Source: Minisyncoccota bacterium | GTDB taxonomy: Bacteria; Patescibacteriota; Minisyncoccia; Phycocordibacterales; JABMNX01 | NCBI GenBank assembly: GCA_965222715.1 | Contig: OZ244961.1 | Coordinates: 140,609-204,608, forward strand | Reading direction: 5' to 3' | Length of the DNA: 64,000 bases | In this document: piece after piece, positions 9,424 to 20,245 of the stretch | Position numbering within the stretch: the stretch's first letter is position 1 | Layout: every line of letters begins with the position of its first letter | The notes under the pieces: generated by a model | Told to the model about the DNA's origin: nothing | Databases searched by the model: none | What the model saw: the letters and a program-made list of their open reading frames with translations, nothing else | Translations under genes and position numbers: made by a program

Positions 9424-10140
9424 CTACACACCTAGTGTATTAAGTAGTGTCTCTCGTTCTTTTTCTGTAAGTTCTCGTTTCTCTCCTACTTTCAGGTTTC
9501 CAAGTTTAAGGTGCATAATACGCACGCGTTTAAGGTCTTCAACTTGGTAGCCAAACGCAGCAGCCATACGTCTAATTTGGTGTTTTTTACCTTCGGTAAG
9601 GATGATTGAAAATGTTCTCTCGCCAAGTTTTTTCACTTTTGCCTCTTTGGTGCGATACCCCTCAATGTTTACTCCGCGACTGAGTCCGTTAATAACGGTG
9701 CCAGTTATTCGTTTATCAACTTTGACCACATACTCTTTTTCATGCGGATATTTTGGATTTAAAAGTCTATCAACAATACGCCCATCGTTCGTTAGGAGCA
9801 TGAGCCCATGAGATGCTTTGTCTAGTCTCCCCACAGGGAAGAATGCCTTACCTAATCCAGAGATGTCCTCAACAGACTGCTCTCCCTTTTGTGGATTATG
9901 TGAGACAACACCTCTTGGTTTGTTGTAGAGCACATACTGATAGCTTTTTGAAAGCTTCTCTACATTTTTAGACACTTCAACCACATCTTTTTTTTCTACC
10001 TGTGCACCGAGTTCTGCAACAACTCCATTAATACGCACATCACCACGCTTGATCATTTCATCTGCTTTTCTGCGCGAACAGTATCCTTTGAGGTAGAGGT
10101 AGCGATTAATGCGTATTGGAAATTCAATCAGATCTTCCAT
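9424..10140 (-). CDS. rRNA pseudouridine synthase (RsuA/RluB family, S4 domain)
   Basis: 238 aa, N-terminal S4 RNA-binding segment, catalytic PVGRLDKASHGLMLLTNDG motif. Confidence 0.8.
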   Translation of the reverse strand: MEDLIEFPIRINRYLYLKGYCSRRKADEMIKRGDVRINGVVAELGAQVEKKDVVEVSKNVEKLSKSYQYVLYNKPRGVVSHNPQKGEQSVEDISGLGKAFFPVGRLDKASHGLMLLTNDGRIVDRLLNPKYPHEKEYVVKVDKRITGTVINGLSRGVNIEGYRTKEAKVKKLGERTFSIILTEGKKHQIRRMAAAFGYQVEDLKRVRIMHLKLGNLKVGEKRELTEKERETLLNTLGV

Positions 10141-10215
10141 AAGTGTGTTTAGTTATAGCACTCTTTTGTATGCCGTGCATTGTTCTTCTTTATGTATGTC
10201 CTATAATACAAAGTA

Positions 10216-10680
10216 ATGAATCGTTTCCTACTCCTCATCGGTATCCCTATGGTGTTTGTTGCTGGTTCTTCTTTGTTCCTTCCCAATCAAAGTGTTCAAC
10301 GTAATACTGTGTTTAATACCACGCTATTTCCACTCTCTGTAAATGGAAAGACACTCTCTGTTGCAATTGCTGATACACCGCAACTCCGCCAAACAGGTCT
10401 TTCAGGAGTACCGTATTTACAAAAAGATACCGGGCTCTTTTTTGTGTTTCCTGAAAGTGGTACCTATGGCATGTGGATGAAAGACATGCACTTTTCTATA
10501 GATATTGTGTGGTTAGATAGTGCATTTCGCGTTGTTGATATACACAAGGGGGTATCACCAGAGACATATCCAGAAACATTTTATACAGATACACCGGCGC
10601 GATATGCGCTTGAGGCAGAAGCTGGTTTTGTTGAAGAGTTCGGTGTTGAAGAAGGGCAACTTTTTATATGGAATAGATAA
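10216..10680 (+). CDS. DUF192 domain protein (secreted)
   Basis: 154 aa, signal peptide, DUF192-like core (VFPESGTYGMWMKDMHFSIDIVWLD). Confidence 0.55.
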   Translation: MNRFLLLIGIPMVFVAGSSLFLPNQSVQRNTVFNTTLFPLSVNGKTLSVAIADTPQLRQTGLSGVPYLQKDTGLFFVFPESGTYGMWMKDMHFSIDIVWLDSAFRVVDIHKGVSPETYPETFYTDTPARYALEAEAGFVEEFGVEEGQLFIWNR

Positions 10681-10902
10681 GCAAAGAGAAGGGGTGCTTT
10701 TTTGTTTTTCTTTTTTAGTTACATATCAGTTGAGGGTATGATAAATACTCAATAAAAAAGCCGTTTTTACATACTTGGTTTGACCGTCATTTTTTTTTAT
10801 TTTCTACTGACCATTTTTGTACTTTTCCACAGAATTTTAAAGCTCGTGAGAGGTACAATAGGAAAACAACTACTCATTAACATATAATCTTCTTTCCGCA
10901 CT

Positions 10903-13248
10903 ATGCTTGAAGCTAACAAAAAGGCGAAAGCCGATGCTAAGATCAACGAGATCATGAATACAAAGGTCGAAAAAAATATCCCTACAGTAACTGCTGCTGA
11001 TTACAAAAAATTTGTACCAAAGATACAAAAACGAGATGGTTCTATTGTTTCTTTTGACTTTGAAAAGATTGTTACTGCAATTTACAAAGCAATGGAAGCA
11101 AGCGGAGAAGGTTCTCGTGAAGAAGCAGCAATGGTCGCGCACCGTGTTGTTGCAGATATGGTACGTATTGCACGGAAATACAAGAATTTCATGCCGACTG
11201 TTGAAGGATGTCAGGACGATGTTGAGCGAGAATTGATTCTTGCTGACTATGTTGCGACTGCAAAGTCATACATTCTCTATCGTGCAGAGCATGCGCGTCG
11301 CCGAGCACAGGAAGTTGCTATCCCTAAAGAAGTTCGAGAGACAATTGCGGAGAGTAGTAAATATTTTAAAACTCCATATCAAGAATTTATCTTCTATCAA
11401 TTTTATTCACGGTGGCGAGATGAGCTTGGCCGACGTGAGACGTGGGTTGAAGCAATTGATCGTTACATGGACTTTATGTATGAAAAACTTGGTGACAAAC
11501 TCACCAAGAAAGAATACAAAGATGTGCGTGAAGCAATTCTTAATCAAGACGTTTGTCCTTCTATGCGCCTCTTGTGGTCAGCAGGGAAAGCGTGTCGCGA
11601 TACGAACGTAACTGCGTATAACTGTGCGTACATTGCACCAACATCATGGCGTGATCTTTCTGAGATCATGTATGTGTCTATGTGTGGCGCGGGATGTGGT
11701 TTCTCAGTTGAGCCTGAAAATGTTGAGAAGTTCCCACAAATTCAAAAACAAAAGAAAGGTGAAGTGAAGAAAATTGTTGTAGAAGACAGTAAGGTTGGGT
11801 GGTGTAACGCGTTTGTTGAAGCGTGTGAGGCATGGGCTGGCGGAGGAGAAGCTGAGATTGATTATTCAAAAATTCGTCCTGCTGGTGCACGACTTCTTAC
11901 CATGGGTGGCCGCGCATCAGGACCCGCACCTCTTGAAGAGTTGATGAACTTTACTCGTCGTAAAATTCTTGCAAAGCAAGGTCGACGACTCTCAACCATT
12001 GATGTACACGATATTGCGTGTCAGATTGGCCTTATTGTTGTTGCTGGTGGGGTACGCAGAAGTGCGCTTATTTCACTCTCTTCACTTGATGACACTGATA
12101 TGCGTGACGCAAAGAAGGGCGCATTCTGGCAGACAGAAGGGCAACGCTCAATGGCAAACAACTCCGCAGTGTATGAAGTAAAACCAACTGCTGATGAATT
12201 CTTTGATGAATGGACTGCGCTCGTAAAAGCAAAAAGTGGTGAGCGAGGCATCTTTAACCGTGGTGGCTTTGAAACACAGTTACCAAAACGCCGATGGAAC
12301 AAACTAAAAGACAAAACACAACCAGGAGTCAATCCGTGTGGAGAAATTTACCTGCAGTCAAAGCAGTTCTGTAACCTTACCTCAATCGTTGTTCGTCCAA
12401 ATGACGACATGAAGAGTTTGAAACGAAAGGTTACTCTTGCGACACTTCTGGGAACATACCAAGCAACACTTACTGACTTTGAGTATCTTTCAAAAGATTG
12501 GAAGAAAAATTGTGAAGACGAACAACTACTTGGTGTATCAATTACTGGGTACTATGACAATGAATTAGTGCGTGATGATAATAACCTTGATGCACTTCGA
12601 GAGGAAAGCATTAAGACAAATAAGAAGTATGCAAAGCGATTCAAGAAAAAAGAATCAACGGCAATTACGTGTGTGAAGCCTCATGGAAACTCAGGACAAC
12701 TACTTGGTGTAGGTTCAGGTATGCACCCATGGTTCGCACGCCACTACATTCGCCGGGTACGTATTAGTGTAAATGATCCACTTCTTAAACTTGCTGAAGA
12801 GCAAGGTGTGCCAATTAAGCCTGAAGTAGGATACTCTACATCAAACGCTTCAACGATGGTACTCGAATTTCCAGTAAAGGCGCCTAAGGGTGCGGTATTA
12901 AACAAGGATGTCTCAGCGCTCGACCTTCTTCATGAATGGAAGCGACTCAAGAAACATTTCACTGAACACAATCCATCAGTAACAATTTACGTTGGTGATA
13001 ATGAATGGGTGGGTGTTGCAAACTTCTTGTATGAGAACTGGGATATTGTTGGCGGACTTTCATTCCTTCCACGAACAGATCATATCTACCAACTTGCTCC
13101 ATACGAAGAGATAGGTAAAGAAGAGTATGAGCGTAGAAAGAAAGATCTTGGTGAGATTGATTTCTCAAAACTAATCAGCTTCGAACGAGAAGATAACACG
13201 GTTGGTGCAAAGGAGCTTGCTTGTTTCGCGGGAACCTGTGAGATATAA
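10903..13248 (+). CDS. ribonucleotide reductase large subunit with N-terminal ATP-cone, probably class II (adenosylcobalamin-dependent)
   Basis: 781 aa; ATP-cone (KIQKRDGSIVSFDFEKIV), active-site NPCGEI, C-terminal Cys pair; no nrdB/nrdF neighbour. Confidence 0.8.
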   Translation: MLEANKKAKADAKINEIMNTKVEKNIPTVTAADYKKFVPKIQKRDGSIVSFDFEKIVTAIYKAMEASGEGSREEAAMVAHRVVADMVRIARKYKNFMPTVEGCQDDVERELILADYVATAKSYILYRAEHARRRAQEVAIPKEVRETIAESSKYFKTPYQEFIFYQFYSRWRDELGRRETWVEAIDRYMDFMYEKLGDKLTKKEYKDVREAILNQDVCPSMRLLWSAGKACRDTNVTAYNCAYIAPTSWRDLSEIMYVSMCGAGCGFSVEPENVEKFPQIQKQKKGEVKKIVVEDSKVGWCNAFVEACEAWAGGGEAEIDYSKIRPAGARLLTMGGRASGPAPLEELMNFTRRKILAKQGRRLSTIDVHDIACQIGLIVVAGGVRRSALISLSSLDDTDMRDAKKGAFWQTEGQRSMANNSAVYEVKPTADEFFDEWTALVKAKSGERGIFNRGGFETQLPKRRWNKLKDKTQPGVNPCGEIYLQSKQFCNLTSIVVRPNDDMKSLKRKVTLATLLGTYQATLTDFEYLSKDWKKNCEDEQLLGVSITGYYDNELVRDDNNLDALREESIKTNKKYAKRFKKKESTAITCVKPHGNSGQLLGVGSGMHPWFARHYIRRVRISVNDPLLKLAEEQGVPIKPEVGYSTSNASTMVLEFPVKAPKGAVLNKDVSALDLLHEWKRLKKHFTEHNPSVTIYVGDNEWVGVANFLYENWDIVGGLSFLPRTDHIYQLAPYEEIGKEEYERRKKDLGEIDFSKLISFEREDNTVGAKELACFAGTCEI

Positions 13249-13285
13249 AAAAGACATATAGAGATCTAGATACAAAAAATGGCTC

Positions 13286-13318
13286 AGTATATGAGCCATT
13301 TTTTGGTATGAGTTGCTA
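13286..13318 (+). terminator. rho-independent terminator (AAAAATGGCTCAgtatatGAGCCATTTTTT)
   Basis: hairpin plus T-run after RNR stop. Confidence 0.55.
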
Positions 13319-13346
13319 AAATATGTTTTTGTAGTATAGTGTTTGC

Positions 13347-13680
13347 TAGCTTGTATTGGGTAGTTACTGGATATAGTTTCTATATCTAGAGGAAAGTCCG
13401 AACACGTCCACGTAAGTGGAGAAGGGTAGCGGGTAACACCCGTCTAGGGCAACCTAAGAGGTGCGAGCAGAGACGCCTAATTCGAAAGATGAGGGACTCC
13501 TTCGGGAGTAGCTCTGGTGGAAACACTAGAAGTGAAACGGCTAAATCCTTACCTACGTGCAAGGCCGTGCTGAGTTTAACTCAGAGTGCCGCTTGAGGTG
13601 TACAGTGATGTACATCCCAGATAAATGACTACCGTCGTCATTCGTGGCGATACAGAATTCGGCTTATAGATACAAGTGCA
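13347..13680 (+). ncRNA. rnpB: RNase P RNA (bacterial type A)
   Basis: GGAAAGTCCGAACAC P4 strand, AGGGCAACC-type internal segment, 3' ACAGAATTCGGCTTATAG matching the conserved ACAGAAcCCGGCUUA; P1 pairing GCTTGTAT/ATACAAG; P3 hairpin 13362-13386. Confidence 0.8.
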
Positions 13681-13690
13681 ACATATGGTA

Positions 13691-13726
13691 ACGACCCCGC
13701 ATAGCGGGGTCGTTGTCGTTTTATTA
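13691..13726 (+). terminator. rho-independent terminator (ACGACCCCGC ata GCGGGGTCGT + T-run) after rnpB
   Basis: 10-bp GC stem and TTGTCGTTTTATT. Confidence 0.65.
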
Positions 13727-13802
13727 TACACATTACTACAATTACCTAAGGGTATTGTTCTTTGTTATACTGAGTATTACGTAACATACACTCTACTAGA
13801 TT

Positions 13803-16130
13803 ATGCCAAATCAAAAGCTTGATACATTCGGAACCACCATACTCATGGCATTAGCTTTTCTATTGCCACTTCTCTTTATTCCGTGGCCCTTTGCCTCCTT
13901 TACTGATACAAAATTCTTCTTACTTATATTAGGGGTAACTATAGCGGGGTTGTTGTGGACATTTGCACGACTCAAGTCAAATGAGATGCACATTCCAAAG
14001 ACATACCTAGTTATACCTATGGTGCTCTTCCCGCTACTTGCCGCAATCACTGGTTTATTCTCAGGAAATATACGAAATTCATTTTTAGGCCAGAGTTTTT
14101 CTCTCGACACGGTGCTCACCTCCTTTCTCCTATCTGTTTTATTTTTCTTAGGTATTTTCTTGTTTAATACAAAAGATAAGGTAGTGAAACTCTATCTCCT
14201 TATTCTTGCCTCGTGGCTCATATTTTTTATATACCAACTCGTACGTCTCTTTTTAGGTTTTGATGTTCTTTCCTTCGATCTCTTTTTTGGTAGTACCGGC
14301 AATTTACTTGGAAAGTGGAATGACGTCGCTATCTTTGCAGGCGTTATTACGCTCATGGCAACGCTTACTATAAGTGTATTACGTCCCTATGGGTTACTTA
14401 GTTGGCTTTCGTACGCTGGTCTAGTATCATCCCTCTTTCTCCTTGTCGTCGTTAACTTTCAAGTGGTGTGGATTGTACTTGCAGCCATTTCATTCTTATT
14501 ACTTGCGCAAGCATTTTTTAAAGCACGTTTTGCTGAAGTGATACAACAAAAAGAAGAGGGTGAAGAAAAAGAACGTGTTCCAGGTTTAGTATTGTGCGTG
14601 TTTGCTATATCAGTACTTTTTGTCTTTGCTGGAAACTTGTTTGAAGGATACATAAGTAGTTATTTAGGAATCGCTCAACTCGAAGCTCGACCATCTGTGC
14701 AGGCAACCACTCTTATAGTAAAAGATGTATACAGCACTAATCCGTTTTTAGGTATTGGTCCAAACAATTTTACAAAAGAATGGCTTACACATAAGCCTTC
14801 GGGAGTAAATCAATCTCCATTTTGGGATACAGACTTTTCATTTGGCGTCGGCATAATCCCAACATTTTTTATTACCCAGGGCGTACTGAGCGTACTACTG
14901 TGGCTTACATTTTTTGGGCTCTTTGTGTGGTTAGGAATTCGGACATTTGCTAATGTGCGTCAAAAAGTGTTCGATAACTACCTTGGCATGACTTCATTTC
15001 TTGCAGCACTCTTTCTTTGGGTACTTTCAATATTTTATGTGCCTGGTGTGGTGTTGTTCGCACTTACATTCCTCATTTCAGGTGTTTTTGTTGCAACACA
15101 AATTAACACTGGTGCGGTGAAAAAGATACACGTTGTATTTAGTGAAAATATTAGAACTGGTTTCATCAGTGTAGTACTCCTCTTTCTTCTTCTTGCAACC
15201 TTACTTTCTTCACTCTACATCGGAGTAACAAAGTTTGGTGCGTCTATATACACTACTCAGGCACAGATAGTCGCGAGAGACAGTGGAGATTTTGATACGG
15301 CTCAAAAACACATTAGCCAAGCACTACTCTTTAGTGAAGGTGATTATATCTATCGCGCCGCTTCAAATATTTCAATGCTTCGTCTTTCAGATATTGTTAG
15401 TAGAGGATCAGAGGCTGAGAATGCGCAGCAAGAGTTTCAAACAACGCTTTCTAACGCGCTTGATAGTGCTCGACAAGCACTTCGACTTGATGCAGAGAAC
15501 TATCAAAACTGGCTTACACTTGCGAGAGTATACGAGGGTCTTATTCCTCTTGGTATAGAGGGGGCATATAGTAATGCAAAAATTGGATACGAGCGAGCAC
15601 TTGAATACAACACGAACAATCCACGACTACATACAAACATTGCTCGCGTTGAAGCACTCCAGGGTAATAATGAGACTGCGCGAGAACGTATTACTTCAGC
15701 ACTACAGGCAAAAAATGATTACACTCCAGCCCTCTTCCTTCTTTCAGAAATAGAGGTTCGTGAAGGTAGAGTTTCTGACGCAATCTCTTCGGTTGAGAGT
15801 GCCTCACTCCTTGCGCCAAGTGATCCAACGGTGTTTTTCCAACTAGGTATTCTAAAATATTCAGAAAACGATTTTACCGGTGCTATACGAGCTCTTGAAC
15901 GTGCAGTTTTTCTAGATAATCAATATTCAAATGCGCGGTACTTCCTTGGTCTTTCTTATTACGAAGAGAGAAGGGGTGATGATGCACTTGAGCAGTTTGA
16001 ATTTATTCAGACATTGAATCCAGATAATGAAGAAATTGAGCTCATCATTCAAAACCTTATCGCAGGAAGAGCACCACTTGAAAACTTTACACCACCAACA
16101 AGCGCAACAGGGGGAAATCTCCCATTTTAA
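13803..16130 (+). CDS. polytopic membrane protein, O-antigen ligase/Wzy-like N-terminal region with C-terminal TPR repeats
   Basis: 775 aa, more than 10 TM helices then TPR-like repeats (YERALEYN..., LGLSYYEE...). Confidence 0.55.
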   Translation: MPNQKLDTFGTTILMALAFLLPLLFIPWPFASFTDTKFFLLILGVTIAGLLWTFARLKSNEMHIPKTYLVIPMVLFPLLAAITGLFSGNIRNSFLGQSFSLDTVLTSFLLSVLFFLGIFLFNTKDKVVKLYLLILASWLIFFIYQLVRLFLGFDVLSFDLFFGSTGNLLGKWNDVAIFAGVITLMATLTISVLRPYGLLSWLSYAGLVSSLFLLVVVNFQVVWIVLAAISFLLLAQAFFKARFAEVIQQKEEGEEKERVPGLVLCVFAISVLFVFAGNLFEGYISSYLGIAQLEARPSVQATTLIVKDVYSTNPFLGIGPNNFTKEWLTHKPSGVNQSPFWDTDFSFGVGIIPTFFITQGVLSVLLWLTFFGLFVWLGIRTFANVRQKVFDNYLGMTSFLAALFLWVLSIFYVPGVVLFALTFLISGVFVATQINTGAVKKIHVVFSENIRTGFISVVLLFLLLATLLSSLYIGVTKFGASIYTTQAQIVARDSGDFDTAQKHISQALLFSEGDYIYRAASNISMLRLSDIVSRGSEAENAQQEFQTTLSNALDSARQALRLDAENYQNWLTLARVYEGLIPLGIEGAYSNAKIGYERALEYNTNNPRLHTNIARVEALQGNNETARERITSALQAKNDYTPALFLLSEIEVREGRVSDAISSVESASLLAPSDPTVFFQLGILKYSENDFTGAIRALERAVFLDNQYSNARYFLGLSYYEERRGDDALEQFEFIQTLNPDNEEIELIIQNLIAGRAPLENFTPPTSATGGNLPF

Positions 16131-16136
16131 TGCAGT

Positions 16137-17813
16137 ATGGTTCGGCGGATTGTTTCACTTCTTCATCAAGAAATACGCGGCTTACATGAAGCCGCTTACT
16201 TTCTTGGGTTTTTTGCACTTTTCTCAGCGATACTAGCTTTGGTAAGAGACAGACTTCTTGCACACTACTTTGGTGCTGGAGAAGTACTTGATATTTACTA
16301 CGCAGCATTTCGTATTCCTGATCTAGTGTTTGTCTCTATTGCCTCAATGGTTTCGGTCTATGTGCTGATTCCGTTTCTAAATAAAAACGGAGAAAGTGAT
16401 GAAGAATATCACAAAGCATTTATTGGTCGGGTACTTTCAGTATTTTTATTCTCCATAACAGCAGTAAGTATTGTTTTATGGATCCTTGCCCCACAGTTAC
16501 TGCCGCGTCTGTTTCCAGGCCTCACTGATTCATCATATTTCGATACACTTGTACTCTTAACACGCATACTCCTTATACAGCCAATTCTACTTGGAGTCTC
16601 TAATATATTTGGAAGTATTACGCAGGTATATAGTCGTTTTGTACTCTATGCAGTAGCGCCACTTCTTTATAATGTTGGTATTATTGTTGGTGTTCTCTTC
16701 TTCTACCCAGCATTCGGTATTATTGGGCTTGGGTATGGCGTCATTCTTGGCGCCCTCCTTCATGCCGGTATTCAGCTACCATTTATGACGGCACGGGGTT
16801 TCCTTTCTCGTCTAACATTTCGCATTAATGCTGGGGAAATAAAAAGTATTGTACTTCTCTCTTTACCCCGAACGCTTGCCCTTTCTGCGCAACACATTGC
16901 CCTCCTTTTTCTTATTTCTCTCGCATCAGTTATGGCAGAAGGCTCAATCACCGTGTTTACCTTTTCTTTTAATCTCCAAGCGGTGCCGCTTGCAATCATT
17001 GGTTCGAGTTACTCTGTGGCTGCGTTTCCAACACTTGCACGGCTATTTTCAAATGGTAACCAAAAAGAGTTTAGGCAACACATATTAGTTGCTGCACGAC
17101 ATATTATCTTCTGGTCAACACCAATCATTGTACTTTTTATTGTCCTTCGTGCTCAAATTGTACGTGTCATTCTTGGGTCAGGGGAGTTTGATTGGGCTGA
17201 CACCCGCTTGACCGCGGCACTCTTAGCACTTTTCATGCTCTCTCTTATTGCACAAGGTCTTACCTATCTTTTTGTTCGTGGGTATTATGCCCAAGGGAAG
17301 ACACTTATTCCTCTTATTATAAATCTCTTTTCCGCAGGTATTATTATTGCTTCATCCTACCTATTCCTCACACTATTTAAAATATCTGAGATGTGGCGGT
17401 ACTTCTTTGAATCTCTTTTCAGAGTGGAAGACATTGTAGGTACAGAGGTCTTAATGCTCCCACTTAGTTTTTCACTTGGTATGATTATAAACGCTATTAT
17501 CCTCTGGATTCTTTTTGAGCGGGATACCCACACATTTACTGGACCGATGGTGAGAGTGTTATTCGAGACACTTTCAGCTTCAGTGGTAATGGGATTTGTT
17601 GCTCACCAATTACTCAACTTCTTTGACGACATCTTTGATATCAATACATTTTGGGGTATATTTTCGCAAGGCTTCTTTTCAGGTATACTCGGTATTGTCG
17701 CGGGTATCATCCTCTTAAAAGCTCTTGGAAGTCAAGAGTTAGAAGAGGTAAAGAATTCACTCCATCGTAAATTCTGGAAATCACGCCCAATAGGCGGAGG
17801 CACTGAGTTGTAG
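16137..17813 (+). CDS. murJ: lipid II flippase MurJ (MviN)
   Basis: 558 aa, 14 TM, conserved N-terminal RDRLLAHYFGAG...AFRIPDL motifs. Confidence 0.8.
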   Translation: MVRRIVSLLHQEIRGLHEAAYFLGFFALFSAILALVRDRLLAHYFGAGEVLDIYYAAFRIPDLVFVSIASMVSVYVLIPFLNKNGESDEEYHKAFIGRVLSVFLFSITAVSIVLWILAPQLLPRLFPGLTDSSYFDTLVLLTRILLIQPILLGVSNIFGSITQVYSRFVLYAVAPLLYNVGIIVGVLFFYPAFGIIGLGYGVILGALLHAGIQLPFMTARGFLSRLTFRINAGEIKSIVLLSLPRTLALSAQHIALLFLISLASVMAEGSITVFTFSFNLQAVPLAIIGSSYSVAAFPTLARLFSNGNQKEFRQHILVAARHIIFWSTPIIVLFIVLRAQIVRVILGSGEFDWADTRLTAALLALFMLSLIAQGLTYLFVRGYYAQGKTLIPLIINLFSAGIIIASSYLFLTLFKISEMWRYFFESLFRVEDIVGTEVLMLPLSFSLGMIINAIILWILFERDTHTFTGPMVRVLFETLSASVVMGFVAHQLLNFFDDIFDINTFWGIFSQGFFSGILGIVAGIILLKALGSQELEEVKNSLHRKFWKSRPIGGGTEL

Positions 17814-17834
17814 TACGCTACTCACATATATTGT

Positions 17835-19625
17835 ATGAATCATATACGGAATTTTAGTATTATCGCGCATATCGACCACGGCAAATCAACGCTTGCTGAT
17901 CGTATGCTCGAGGTGACCAAAACAGTTGAGGTCAGAAAAATGAAAGAGCAAGTGCTTGATAGCATGGATCTTGAACGTGAGCGGGGTATTACTATAAAAA
18001 TGCAGCCAGTGACAATGCAATATGCAAGAGATGGTGCTGAGTATACCTTTAACCTTATTGATACTCCTGGTCACATTGATTTTCATTACGAAGTATCTCG
18101 TGCACTTAAAGCTGTAGAAGGGGTAGTACTTCTTGTTGATAGTACTCAAGGAGTACAAGCGCAAACTCTCTCAACACTTCGTATGGCAGAAGAACTTGGT
18201 TTGGTTATTGTTCCAGTCTTAAGTAAGGTAGATTCACCTCTTGCTCGGGTGGAAGAAGTGAAAAAAGAAGTTGCTAAACTTCTTTCATGTAGTGAAGAGG
18301 ATATTCTTACCTGCTCAGGTAAGACCGGGGAAGGTGTTGAAGAAGTGCTTTGTAGGGTTATCGATGTTGTACCACCTCCACAGTCTACTGGAGAGGAATT
18401 CAGAGGTTTAATATTTGATTTTCAGTACTCGACACACCGAGGAGTTATCGTATACATTCGAGTGCTTGATGGCACGGTAAAGAGTGGCTCGCAGCTTTTC
18501 TTTAAGGGTGCGCAAGAAAAATTTAATGCGATTGAGGTTGGTATCTTCTCTCCTGAAGAAAAACCTGTTCAATCGCTTACTGCTGGTGCTATTGGCTACA
18601 TTGTAACTGGTATTAAGCGACCAGGAATTGCTTCTGTTGGAGATACTGTAGTGTTACAGGGAAGTAACGCCCAAGCTCTTTCAGGATATCGCACACCAGC
18701 GCCTATGGTTTGGGCGTCAGTCTATCCTGAGAGCCAAGACGATTTCACGGAACTACGCCAAGCGCTTGAGCGCCTTCGACTTTCTGATTCCTCGCTTTCG
18801 TTTGAGGAAGAAATGTCAGGAGTCATGGGTCGTGGTTTTCGCTGTGGCTTCTTAGGAATGCTTCATCTTGAAATCATTACTGAGCGACTCCAGAGAGAAT
18901 TTGGTCTTGGACTAGTGGTAACAACGCCAAGTATTACCTACGAAGCAGTGCTCAAAGGTGGAGAACACAAAAAGATATACTCTGCTATTCAGTTCCCCGA
19001 ACACAGCACTTTTGAAAAAATTCTTGAACCATGGGTTTCAATAGAAATCATTGTGCCCCCAGAGTATCTTGGTCCAGTCACCCAGCTACTGTATGAACAC
19101 GAAGCAATGATAGGAGATTCAGAAAACTTTGGTGACAATCGAATGCGTATTTGTGCTGACATGCCGCTGCGTGAGTTGATGCGTAACTTTTTTGATCGAC
19201 TCAAAAATGTTTCATCTGGTTTTGCTTCAATTCTCTATGAAATTGAAGATATGCTTGAGGCAGATGTAGTGCGACTAGACATTCTTGTCTCTGAAGAACT
19301 TGTGCCAGCATTTTCTCGTATTGTCTCACGTCGCCGTGTGCAAGAAGAAGCTGAATCACTTGTTGAACGTCTTTACACACTACTCCCAAAACAACAAGTG
19401 GTGACCAAGATTCAAGCGCAAGCCCTCGGAAGAATAATTGCCTCTAAAAAACTTTCTGCCCTTAAGAAGGATGTAACCGGACATCTTTACGGTGGTGATA
19501 TAACAAGAAAACGAAAGCTGTGGGAGAAGCAGAAGAAAGGAAAGAAGAAAATGCAGCAGTTTGCAAAAGCAAACATACCGCAAGAAGTGTTTCTTAAGGT
19601 AATGAGAGGGGAGGAGAAAAAATAA
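17835..19625 (+). CDS. lepA: elongation factor 4 (LepA)
   Basis: 596 aa, IRNFSIIAHIDHGKSTLADR G-domain and LepA C-terminal domain. Confidence 0.9.
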   Translation: MNHIRNFSIIAHIDHGKSTLADRMLEVTKTVEVRKMKEQVLDSMDLERERGITIKMQPVTMQYARDGAEYTFNLIDTPGHIDFHYEVSRALKAVEGVVLLVDSTQGVQAQTLSTLRMAEELGLVIVPVLSKVDSPLARVEEVKKEVAKLLSCSEEDILTCSGKTGEGVEEVLCRVIDVVPPPQSTGEEFRGLIFDFQYSTHRGVIVYIRVLDGTVKSGSQLFFKGAQEKFNAIEVGIFSPEEKPVQSLTAGAIGYIVTGIKRPGIASVGDTVVLQGSNAQALSGYRTPAPMVWASVYPESQDDFTELRQALERLRLSDSSLSFEEEMSGVMGRGFRCGFLGMLHLEIITERLQREFGLGLVVTTPSITYEAVLKGGEHKKIYSAIQFPEHSTFEKILEPWVSIEIIVPPEYLGPVTQLLYEHEAMIGDSENFGDNRMRICADMPLRELMRNFFDRLKNVSSGFASILYEIEDMLEADVVRLDILVSEELVPAFSRIVSRRRVQEEAESLVERLYTLLPKQQVVTKIQAQALGRIIASKKLSALKKDVTGHLYGGDITRKRKLWEKQKKGKKKMQQFAKANIPQEVFLKVMRGEEKK

Positions 19626-19797
19626 GTACTAATACCCAACTCCAGGAACCAGTCCGGGTGCAAAGAAAAGCACCATACTGATGATAATAAGTATACCGAG
19701 AACCATCCAGGTATACTTCACTATTTTTTTCGTTCGTTTATCGAATAACATACTATTGTTTTGAGGTATAATAAGCTAAAGACATACCTTTTTCAAG

Positions 19798-20196
19798 GTG
19801 TACGTATGTATGTTTGATTTTTACGAGAAACGAAAGATGCGACAGTGGTTTTTGTCGTGGCCCTCATTAATTATTCTTATTATTCTCACATTCTTTCTTG
19901 CTCGTGGGGTGTGGGGTGTGTATGTACAGGAGCGAGACACACGTATCACTAAAAATCAGCGTGTCGCTCATCTAGAAGAGTTAGAAGGCCGTGAGTCAGC
20001 ACTTCAGGAGGAACTTGATCGATTAGATACGGAACGTGGAGTCGAAGAAGAAATACGAAGAAAGTTTGAAGTTGCTAGGGAGGGAGAAAAAGTGATTGTA
20101 ATAGTTGATGCCCCTACTAATGCCGGAGAAGATAGTGGGGGTAATCCAAAAGGTTTTTGGCGTTCTTTTTTTGATACTGTTGTTTTTTGGGACTAG
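19798..20196 (+). CDS. septum formation initiator family protein (FtsB/DivIC-like)
   Basis: 132 aa, single N-terminal TM followed by coiled coil (LEELEGRESALQEELDRLD). Confidence 0.5.
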   Translation: MYVCMFDFYEKRKMRQWFLSWPSLIILIILTFFLARGVWGVYVQERDTRITKNQRVAHLEELEGRESALQEELDRLDTERGVEEEIRRKFEVAREGEKVIVIVDAPTNAGEDSGGNPKGFWRSFFDTVVFWD

Positions 20197-20245
20197 TGGA
20201 GGTGTGGTATACTACTTCGTATCATTAGGAGATAAAATAAATAGT

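Noticed and set aside
10690-10902. Cobalamin riboswitch or NrdR box upstream of the class II-like RNR
   Set aside because: No B12-box (GCCACTG-like) or NrdR palindromes recognisable in the AT-rich leader.
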